From Thermoanaerobaculia bacterium (GTDB taxonomy: Bacteria > Acidobacteriota > Thermoanaerobaculia > Gp7-AA8), in contig JBBRTE010000015.1 in assembly GCA_038244715.1 (NCBI GenBank), positions 38,956 to 102,955 of the forward strand: a stretch of 64,000 nt of DNA, read 5' to 3'. A program made the translations under genes and the position numbers. The number at the start of each line of letters is the position of its first letter. The first letter of the stretch is position 1. Shown here in pieces: positions 9,698 through 17,133 of the stretch. The notes under the pieces are model-generated. The model worked only from the letters and a program-made list of their open reading frames with translations. It searched no databases and was not told the DNA's origin.

Positions 9698-9925
9698 TCA
9701 GGCTCGGAGTGCAGCGATCTTATCGAGGATTTCCCGTTCCGTCGGAAACCGCCCTTCGTCGCCTTTTGAGAAGATGATTTTCTGATCGACGGTGACGACG
9801 AAAATCCCGCCGCTTCCGCGCACGATCTCACTGTCGAGGTCATGCTCGCGTTTGATCTCGGCCGCCAGACTGGAGGCTCGGGGGAGATAGTTTCAAACGC
9901 CGCAGTAGTCGATTCGAATGTGCAT
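9698..9925 (-). CDS. selW: Selenoprotein W-like (Rdx family) protein with in-frame UGA (putative selenocysteine) in the CxxU motif
   Basis: Not in the ORF track. Reverse-strand ATG at 9925-9923, in-frame TGA at 9895-9893 (codon 11), stop TGA at 9700-9698. Translation MHIRIDYCGV-U-NYLPRASSLAAEIKREHDLDSEIVRGSGGIFVVTVDQKIIFSKGDEGRFPTEREILDKIAALRA (75 aa). Aligns along its length with SelW (VxYCGxUGY...GSGGxFEVxV...LIxSKK..GxF). High GC3 is maintained after the UGA. Confidence 0.7.
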
Positions 9926-9946
9926 TTGGATGATTGTCGGTGATGG

Positions 9947-10711
9947 CTACGTCGTCTTCACGAGAATGGCCGTCACGTTGTCCAGCCCGCCGCGCTCGTT
10001 GGCCGTGTCGATGAGATCGCGGCAGGCCTTCTCCAGGTCGTCCGCGCTCGCGGTCACGAGCTTGAGGATCTCCTCTTCGGGAACCATGCCCGTGAGACCG
10101 TCCGAGCAAAGGAGGTAGACGTCGCCCGGGCGGCTGTCGATCTCGGAAGCGTCGGGATTGACGGAGAGGGCACCTCCGAGGGCGCGGGTGATGACGTTGC
10201 GGAGGGGATGCTTCTCGGCTTCGGCCTCGGTCAGCATTCCGGCCTGCACCTGCTCGAAGACCCAGGAGTGATCGTTGGTGATGCGCGAGATCTTGCCGCT
10301 ACGGATCATGTAGGCGCGCGAGTCGCCGACGTGTGCCACGGACATCTTCCCGTCATCGGCCATGCAGGCGACGACGGTCGTGCCCATGCCGCGGAGCCGG
10401 GCATCCTTGCGCATGGCTTCGAGGACGCGGGTGTTGGCCATGCGCAGGGCGGCCATCAGCCGGTTCGTCGTCCGTGTGTAGTGCTCGTCGTAGGCGTGGG
10501 GCCAGGTTCCATCATCCTCTTTCGTGTGGACGATGAACTCGGAGATGGAGTCGACGGCGATGCGGGAAGCGATCTCGCCGGCAGCGTGCCCGCCCATTCC
10601 GTCGGCGACGAGGAATAGCTTCGCTTCGTCAGCGACGAGGAACGTATCCTCGTTGTGCTGACGCTGCCGTCCGACATCTGTGAGGCCGTATGCCTTCACG
10701 TCCATTCCCAC
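9947..10711 (-). CDS. PP2C-family Ser/Thr protein phosphatase
   Basis: 254 aa, LTDVGRQRQHNEDTF...LVADGMGGHAAGEIAS...LLCSDGLTGMV...GGLDNVTAILV; PP2C metal-binding motifs. Confidence 0.85.
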   Translation of the reverse strand: MGMDVKAYGLTDVGRQRQHNEDTFLVADEAKLFLVADGMGGHAAGEIASRIAVDSISEFIVHTKEDDGTWPHAYDEHYTRTTNRLMAALRMANTRVLEAMRKDARLRGMGTTVVACMADDGKMSVAHVGDSRAYMIRSGKISRITNDHSWVFEQVQAGMLTEAEAEKHPLRNVITRALGGALSVNPDASEIDSRPGDVYLLCSDGLTGMVPEEEILKLVTASADDLEKACRDLIDTANERGGLDNVTAILVKTT

Positions 10712-11368
10712 TCAGCCCTTTTTGAAAAGGGTAAACCCCTTTCCGCCTTCCTTGGCGTCACCACGCTGTCGCAATTCGGCCAGTGCCGTACGGATTTCAA
10801 TATTGTCTGCATCCCACTTTAACGCTTCATCGAGATATCTCTCCGCCTTTGCGGTGAGGCCGGCCCGTTTGCAGATTAACCCAGCCTCCTTGAGATATGC
10901 CCCATTCATCGGCTCACGCTGGACGGCGGTCTCGATCGCCTGGACTGCCTGGCGGGCATAGGCGGGGATACGCGAGGCGGCCATGGCGAGATAGTGGAAC
11001 CCCTTGGCGTCCGTCGGATTGTGCTTCGTGGCCATGTCGAAGTTCTCGTACGCACTGCGCAGGTCTCCCTCGCGGTACGCCTTGATCCCTTTCGACAGGT
11101 ACGCTTTGCCGATCTGGGCGGGATCGCTCGCGGCGACCCGCGCACCAGGCGCGGCGACGTCGGCGTCGTGCTGCTTCCGCCGGGCGGGATTCGTCAGCAC
11201 GTTGACCGCCTCGGTCAGCGTCTGGAACTTCCGCTCGGCCGCAGTCTTGTCCGTCCCCTTGTAGCGGTCCGGATGCTGTTCCCGGGCAAGTTTGCGGAAG
11301 CGGTCGCGAATCTCCTTCTCGGAGGCAGACCGATCGACTCCGAGCAGCTCGTAGTAGTTGACCTTCAT
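10712..11368 (-). CDS. J-domain (DnaJ-like) protein with TPR repeats
   Basis: 218 aa. MKVNYYELLGVDRSASEKEIRDRFRKLAREQHPDRY is a J domain with the HPD motif. TPR-like helical repeats follow. Confidence 0.75.
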   Translation of the reverse strand: MKVNYYELLGVDRSASEKEIRDRFRKLAREQHPDRYKGTDKTAAERKFQTLTEAVNVLTNPARRKQHDADVAAPGARVAASDPAQIGKAYLSKGIKAYREGDLRSAYENFDMATKHNPTDAKGFHYLAMAASRIPAYARQAVQAIETAVQREPMNGAYLKEAGLICKRAGLTAKAERYLDEALKWDADNIEIRTALAELRQRGDAKEGGKGFTLFKKG

Positions 11369-12460
11369 TCAGGATTTTTGACTTCTCTGGGTGTACATTT
11401 TCCGGGCGAGCGAGCGGACGGTTTCGCTCACACCTTTGTCGTCCTTGAGGCTTTTCAGATCGCGTAAGGTTAATCGATTGATCAGCGGCACGACAACCCC
11501 CACGGGGCACTTCGGGTTGCGGGCGAGAGCAATGACGAAGTTGTATTTGGAAACCCACTCCCGTTTCATGCCGATGAGGCGCAGGACCTCCTCGGAAACA
11601 TTCCGCATGGTGGCGATGAGCTCGGCTTCGGCCTCGCTCATGCGCGGATTGCGCATCACCGCGCTGCACACGAGTTTGTTGTGATCCCGGACGAGGATCA
11701 CCCGCTCGGTCTTGCCGCCCTTGAACGCCAGCTTCACCTTGTCGGCGACGCCCATCAACAGAATCTGCGAGAAGACCGACAGCTTCTTCTCATCCTGTTT
11801 TTCCGTCTCGAGGAGCTGCGGCAGGGGAGCGTCGCTCTGCGGCTCCTCCCTCGCCTTCTCCAACAGGTCGGCGATCGGCTCGTCCGACAGACTGAGCATC
11901 GGCTCGTCTTCGTCCACCTCTTCCGGTTGCAGCGCGGCGAGGCGAGACTTCTTGTCGAAGAACTCCTCGCGTGTCTCCAGAGCCCTTCGGCGAACGTCCG
12001 ACGAAAGATGCGGATTGGCGAGGAGAGCGTCGAGGATCGCGGGCGAACGGAGAATGCGCGCCTGGTTGATGACGACGACTTCCTGCACCGCAGCGTCGGC
12101 CACGGCGGCCAGTTCGGTCACCAGTTCGTCGGTCACAGCGCGGTTGCGAATGAGCGCTTCGAGGATGAATGGGTCCTGACTGGCGCGCAGGAGCAGCGCC
12201 AGATGAGCCGGCGGCGCACTCTCATTGCCGGCGAACGCGTGGATATTGCGCGCCGGAACGTCGGCCAGCGATACCCGGGCTGCCGCCGAGATCTCCTCAT
12301 CCTGCCACGCGGTCAGATACGAGAAGACCGCGATCAGGTCGTCCTGAGGAAGCGGCAACAACCCGCGCGCGATCGTCTCGACGAGAGTGCGGGGCAATTG
12401 TCCCGTCTCGATCCGCTCGATGATCACATCGGCGGAGAGCTCGGCTGTAGAAGTGCTCAT
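11369..12460 (-). CDS. Hypothetical protein (helical repeat protein, no family recognised)
   Basis: 363 aa ORF with good coding character (high GC3, no internal low-complexity junk); abuts the DnaJ-like gene with no gap. Confidence 0.55.
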   Translation of the reverse strand: MSTSTAELSADVIIERIETGQLPRTLVETIARGLLPLPQDDLIAVFSYLTAWQDEEISAAARVSLADVPARNIHAFAGNESAPPAHLALLLRASQDPFILEALIRNRAVTDELVTELAAVADAAVQEVVVINQARILRSPAILDALLANPHLSSDVRRRALETREEFFDKKSRLAALQPEEVDEDEPMLSLSDEPIADLLEKAREEPQSDAPLPQLLETEKQDEKKLSVFSQILLMGVADKVKLAFKGGKTERVILVRDHNKLVCSAVMRNPRMSEAEAELIATMRNVSEEVLRLIGMKREWVSKYNFVIALARNPKCPVGVVVPLINRLTLRDLKSLKDDKGVSETVRSLARKMYTQRSQKS

Positions 12461-13350
12461 CGCGGGCTGGAGGGTTGAGTCGTTGCGTCGGTTTGCATCT
12501 TCTGCAGAAAGGCCCGATCGATCACGACGTCGTGAACTACCTGGCCGTCCTGGCCCAGGGAGGGCATCGGCAGATCGTTCAGTGTCATGGTCAGGCCGGC
12601 TGCATTGCCAATCGTTCGAAAGCGAAAGCTGTCCTTCGCATCGATCGTACGATGGTACCCGCGCCGAAGCTCGTCATTGACGACCTTCTCCCCATCCGCG
12701 TCGAGGATCAGCCAGGTCTTTTCCGTAACCTCGATGCTCAGAACCAGTTTCGCCGGAGTCCCTGTCTGAGGTTGCGTCGCAGTTGCGGACAGCGGCACCG
12801 CTACGGGCGCCGCGACCACGGGCGATGACGCCGTCGTCGTCGGGACGCGGGCTTCGACTGCGTTGCGCTCATCCGCGGCACGCGTCTCGCGCCGGTGCTT
12901 CAGGGCCCAGTAACTGACACCCGCCAACGCGATGACGACCAAGATGAGGATGTAGACATTCCGATCGACGCGGGCATACGCGGGAGGGATCCCTCTGACC
13001 GACGGATTTTTGCGCGGCAGAGGAGGAGCCTGCGGCGTGGTCAAGCGCTCGAGATGGGATGACTGCTCGATGCGATCATCTCCCACGGCGGCAAAGTTGT
13101 AGCGGTTGACCATCTCCTCCGCGTTCAACCCGAGGTATCGGGCGTACTCGCGAACGAAGCCGCGGGTGAAGACGGGAGCCGGCAGCGTCTTGTGGTCGTT
13201 GCGCTCGATTGCCTCCAGAAACCGCTTGCTGATCTTCGTGGAGTCCGCGATCTCCTTCAGAGAGATCCCGCGGATCTCGCGCTCGCGGCGCAGTTCATCG
13301 CCAAATGACGCGAGCTCCGACGATTGAGGCTGGGGATCCTGATCAGGCAT
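12457..13350 (-). CDS. rodZ: RodZ-like cytoskeleton protein (N-terminal Xre-type HTH, TM segment, C-terminal DUF4115-like domain)
   Basis: 297 aa. FGDELRREREIRGISLKEIADSTKISKRFLEAIE is an HTH. A hydrophobic segment VYILILVVIALAGVSYWAL follows, then a Pro/Thr-rich linker and a C-terminal domain. This is RodZ architecture. Confidence 0.6.
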   Translation of the reverse strand: MPDQDPQPQSSELASFGDELRREREIRGISLKEIADSTKISKRFLEAIERNDHKTLPAPVFTRGFVREYARYLGLNAEEMVNRYNFAAVGDDRIEQSSHLERLTTPQAPPLPRKNPSVRGIPPAYARVDRNVYILILVVIALAGVSYWALKHRRETRAADERNAVEARVPTTTASSPVVAAPVAVPLSATATQPQTGTPAKLVLSIEVTEKTWLILDADGEKVVNDELRRGYHRTIDAKDSFRFRTIGNAAGLTMTLNDLPMPSLGQDGQVVHDVVIDRAFLQKMQTDATTQPSSPR

Positions 13351-13370
13351 GGGACTGGTGGCCGACCATT

Positions 13371-14123
13371 CTAGTCAATTCGACCTCCGGTCGTCGTGAA
13401 AACGCCGGGCTCGATCCGCTCCACGCAACGACGCAGGTACGTCGAAGTCGCCGGGTGGTCATGAATGGTGCGCAGGTCCCGCAGTGTAAGAAACCGCAGT
13501 TGCGATGCCGCCGCGGAGCGCGGGGTCGAAGGATTCATCACCAACGCCCTGCGGATTGCATAGCGAAAGGACCATTTCCGGTCCCACGCCAGCAGCTGCA
13601 GCTTCTCCTCCGAGGCCTTTTCGGAGACTGCGAGAACCAGGAGATCCTCCTCGCGCAGAAGCTGGTTGTTCAGCAGGGCGCCGAAAACGCGGGGATCGGG
13701 GTCGAAGAGGAGCACCCGGATCAGCGCGGTGCTGCAGCGCTTGGCCGCGGTGATCTTCTCACCGAGGGAGAGCTTGTCGATCCGCAGGAGGAGCTGATTC
13801 TCGATCGCGTGGCGGACCTGGGCGGGAACTTTGACGTCGACCGACAAACGCAACAAGTCGGGCCAGAAGAGGTAGTGAACCAGCTTGACCGAGTGCACCA
13901 GAGGGGTGGCCCGGTTCTGCACGAGGCGCAGACGTACCCCGTAAAACGCAGCGAGATGTCTGCTCCGGGCAATGGTCTGACACATGTCCGGTGTGACATA
14001 GGGATTCTCCAGGATGGCGTGCGCTTCTTCCTGGACGAGCGACGCGCCGTTCTCCGCCAGAAACCGCGAAAGCTCGTCGCGCGAAAAGTTGCGGATTCGC
14101 TTGTAATCGGGAAAAGGTTGCAT
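13371..14123 (-). CDS. Hypothetical protein
   Basis: 250 aa, protein-like composition; the overlapping plus-strand 416-aa ORF is Arg-rich junk. Confidence 0.5.
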   Translation of the reverse strand: MQPFPDYKRIRNFSRDELSRFLAENGASLVQEEAHAILENPYVTPDMCQTIARSRHLAAFYGVRLRLVQNRATPLVHSVKLVHYLFWPDLLRLSVDVKVPAQVRHAIENQLLLRIDKLSLGEKITAAKRCSTALIRVLLFDPDPRVFGALLNNQLLREEDLLVLAVSEKASEEKLQLLAWDRKWSFRYAIRRALVMNPSTPRSAAASQLRFLTLRDLRTIHDHPATSTYLRRCVERIEPGVFTTTGGRID

Positions 14124-14161
14124 GAGCGCCCGAACAATTATCGTTCTGATCGGAACCGCGG

Positions 14162-15562
14162 ATGCAACGGCGGAGGTTCGTCGGACGACGAACGCAGTGC
14201 TTCGATCGAAGGTCCGCGAAGCGCCATGCTACTCTTCGCCCAATGCGCGAACGACGGTCCGCGGCGCGCGAGAGATCCGACCGCCTGTGGTACTGGCTTA
14301 TCGCCGTGCTCGTACTGGGCGCAGGCATCGTCCTCATTCCCATCATCTATACAGGAGGAGCGCTCGACGCGTTCCGCCTGCCAAAGGAAATGGCCTTCCG
14401 GGCCGAAGCGATCCTGCTGGCGGTCATCGCCGTATTTGCCGGCACCTCGCCGCATGCGAACTGGCGGAACGCTTTGGCCACACTCCCCCGCCGGGAGTGG
14501 GTTCTCCTTGCCGCCATGGCGGTCTGGAGCATCGTCACGACGCTCACGTCGCTGAACCGGCCACTCAGCGCGGCCAGCCTCGTCACCGTCGCCGCGACGC
14601 TCGTGATCTACATCGCCACGCGACTGGTGGCAGGCCGCCTGCGATTGCCGGCGCTCTACGTGGTCTTTGCAGGCGCCCTCGCAAACGCCGTGGTCGTAAC
14701 ACTGCAGGAGATCGGCCGCTGGAACGCCTTCGTTTTTCCTCCGGAGATCACCGGTCACTACAGGAGCGTGGGACTCCTTGGGAATCCGAATGACGTCGGA
14801 ACCTTCCTGGCCGGTCCGGCCGTGGTCGCGCTGATCGGGACGGTCGTCGTAAAGGGATGGCAACGCGTGACGTTCGGAGTCATCGCCGTCGTCCTGTTCA
14901 TGGGCATCGCGATGAGCCAGACGAGGACGGCCATGATCGCCTTCGTGACGGGCATCATCGTCGCTGCGCTGCTCCGTCCATGGCGCCAGGCGATGGCAGT
15001 TGCCGGAATCCTGATCATCTTCGGACTGGTTTCTCTGCGGCCGGGCACCGGCATCCGCGGGAACTTCGATCGATTGCTGGTCGGGGCGCGGAACCATGAC
15101 TACGCCATCCTCCTGTCCGAGCGCGCCGTGCCATTTCTGAGTGCCTTTGAAATGCTCAGAGCGCATCCTTTCACCGGCGTCGGACCGGGCTGCTTCAAAT
15201 ACTTCTTCATGACGACGCGGATGGATCTCGAGAAGCGCTACCCGCGGGATTGGACGCGTGGCTGGCCGATGAATTTCGGTGAGACGCACAACGATCACCT
15301 GCAGGTGGCCGCCGAGACCGGAGTGCCCGGCTATCTGTTGCTCCTGGCAGCCGGACTCCTTCTGGCGATTCCCGGGCGGCGGCGCCCTGCAGGCACGACG
15401 CTCACCTCGGAGCAGACGCTGGCCTCCGCGGCCCGTGCTCCGCTGGCGGCAACCTTCTTCGTCATCGCGCTCGCGCAGTTTCCGCTTCAACTGGCCGCGC
15501 CCCGGCTGATGTACATCACCCTCGGCGCGCTCGCCATCTCGTGGGATCGTCGCGATGCGTAA
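14162..15562 (+). CDS. O-antigen ligase (Wzy_C/WaaL) family polytopic membrane protein
   Basis: 466 aa with >10 hydrophobic segments and a central block MSQTRTAMIAFVTGIIVAAL typical of O-antigen-ligase-family proteins. The N-terminal 40 aa are Arg-rich, so the true start may be the internal ATG at 14243. Confidence 0.65.
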   Translation: MQRRRFVGRRTQCFDRRSAKRHATLRPMRERRSAARERSDRLWYWLIAVLVLGAGIVLIPIIYTGGALDAFRLPKEMAFRAEAILLAVIAVFAGTSPHANWRNALATLPRREWVLLAAMAVWSIVTTLTSLNRPLSAASLVTVAATLVIYIATRLVAGRLRLPALYVVFAGALANAVVVTLQEIGRWNAFVFPPEITGHYRSVGLLGNPNDVGTFLAGPAVVALIGTVVVKGWQRVTFGVIAVVLFMGIAMSQTRTAMIAFVTGIIVAALLRPWRQAMAVAGILIIFGLVSLRPGTGIRGNFDRLLVGARNHDYAILLSERAVPFLSAFEMLRAHPFTGVGPGCFKYFFMTTRMDLEKRYPRDWTRGWPMNFGETHNDHLQVAAETGVPGYLLLLAAGLLLAIPGRRRPAGTTLTSEQTLASAARAPLAATFFVIALAQFPLQLAAPRLMYITLGALAISWDRRDA

Positions 15563-16061
15563 TCCGATCGTGCGGTCGTTGTGCCGGCTCGTCGCGCTGG
15601 CAATGGGGGTCCTCGCGTTTCACCGGTACGCCTGGATGCCCGAGCACGCGGATCACGTCCTGAAGACGGTCAACGCGCACACCTCGATGGCCCTGCAGTG
15701 GAGCGGTGACCGGGCCATCTTCGCTGCACGGGACAATATCGATCGTCTGCAGGAGATCGCCCCGGCCTGCCGGCTTTCCGTCGCCTTCCACCTCGTGTAC
15801 GCCGCAAACGACCGCATCCTGGGACGCAGCGCCGACGCCATCGAGCACTACAGCGCGGCGCTCGCCGCCGCTCAACGTCCGGAGATCTATTTCGATCGCG
15901 GCGCTACCTATCTCGAAGCGGGCAAGCTCGACGCGGCCACTCCAGACCTCGCGCTGGCCACGCGGTTCAACCCCTACCTCCTCGACGAAGTCGACGGCGT
16001 CATGCGGGACCGCATCGCAGCATTCAATAAGTCCCTGCCGTATAATCCGCCGCCGCGCTGA
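15555..16061 (+). CDS. Hypothetical TPR-like protein with N-terminal hydrophobic segment
   Basis: 168 aa; start overlaps the upstream stop by 8 nt; TPR-like helices (YFDRGATYLEAGKLDAA). The antisense 234-aa ORF looks like junk. Confidence 0.45.
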   Translation: MRNPIVRSLCRLVALAMGVLAFHRYAWMPEHADHVLKTVNAHTSMALQWSGDRAIFAARDNIDRLQEIAPACRLSVAFHLVYAANDRILGRSADAIEHYSAALAAAQRPEIYFDRGATYLEAGKLDAATPDLALATRFNPYLLDEVDGVMRDRIAAFNKSLPYNPPPR

Positions 16062-16086
16062 GCCGCCCGCGCCTGGGGGATATCCA

Positions 16087-17082
16087 TTGAGAGTTCTGAT
16101 CACCGGAGGGTCCGGGTTCATCGGATCACACCTCGCCGACACGTACCTGAGCCGGGGAGATGAGGTTTCGATCATCGACGACCTGTCGACCGGAAGCATC
16201 GAGAACATCGCGCATCTCAAGTCGAACCCGCGCTTTCACTACACGATCGACACCGTGCAAAACATGCCGCTCCTGACGGAGCTCGCCGATGCCTGCGACG
16301 TGATCGTTCATCTCGCCGCCGCCGTCGGCGTAAAGCTGATCGTGGAGAGTCCGGTACGGACGATTGAGACAAACGTGCGCGGCACGGAAGTGCTGCTCGC
16401 CGTCGCGAACAAGAAGAAGAAGCGGGTCCTCATCGCATCGACGTCCGAGGTCTATGGGCTGAGTGCGGACGTTCCGTTTCGCGAGGATGGCAACCTCGTG
16501 ATGGGCGCGACGACGAAAGGACGCTGGAGCTACGCCTGCTCGAAGGCGATCGACGAGTTTCTCGCACTCGCCTACTGGCGCGAGAAAAAACTCCCGACCA
16601 CCGTGGTCCGCCTGTTCAACACCGTTGGACCACGGCAGACCGGCCAGTACGGAATGGTCATCCCGACGTTCGTGAAACAGGCGCTGGCCGGACAGCCGAT
16701 CACCGTCTATGGAAGCGGCGACCAGACCCGCTGCTTTGCCTACGTGGGCGACGTGGTGAAGGCACTCGTGGCATTGATGGATCGCCAGGACTCCGTCGGC
16801 GAGGTCTACAACATCGGGTCAAGCGAAGAAGTCTCGATGAATGCGCTGGCCGAGCGCATCCGCACGTTGACCAGCTCGAAATCGGAGATCGTCCACATCC
16901 CCTACAACGAGGCCTACGAGGCAGGATTCGAGGATATGCCACGCCGGGTGCCCGATACGTCCAAGATCCATGCGTTGGTCGGGTTCCGCCCGGAAACGAG
17001 ACTCGACGACATTCTCCGGAGTGTCATCGCCTATCAGTCGGGCAGACAGCCAGAGCGAGCCACGACCAGAAGCCAGACCTAA
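16087..17082 (+). CDS. NAD-dependent sugar-nucleotide epimerase/dehydratase (SDR family)
   Basis: TTG start at 16087 (no in-frame ATG upstream of the Rossmann motif). LRVLITGGSGFIGSHL...YACSKA (YxxxK catalytic motif). 331 aa. Confidence 0.8.
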   Translation: MRVLITGGSGFIGSHLADTYLSRGDEVSIIDDLSTGSIENIAHLKSNPRFHYTIDTVQNMPLLTELADACDVIVHLAAAVGVKLIVESPVRTIETNVRGTEVLLAVANKKKKRVLIASTSEVYGLSADVPFREDGNLVMGATTKGRWSYACSKAIDEFLALAYWREKKLPTTVVRLFNTVGPRQTGQYGMVIPTFVKQALAGQPITVYGSGDQTRCFAYVGDVVKALVALMDRQDSVGEVYNIGSSEEVSMNALAERIRTLTSSKSEIVHIPYNEAYEAGFEDMPRRVPDTSKIHALVGFRPETRLDDILRSVIAYQSGRQPERATTRSQT

Positions 17083-17133
17083 GTCCAGGCTTGTATCAAA
17101 TAGCTAAATAACTTAGGCTTCCGCAGTTCCGTT

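Noticed and set aside
9840-9895. Tried to delineate a bacterial SECIS hairpin by eye downstream of the SelW-like UGA (and 54671-54720 for the thioredoxin-like gene)
   Set aside because: Only short or imperfect stems (e.g. CCAG/CUGG) could be found manually. A covariance-model search is needed, so no SECIS feature is asserted.
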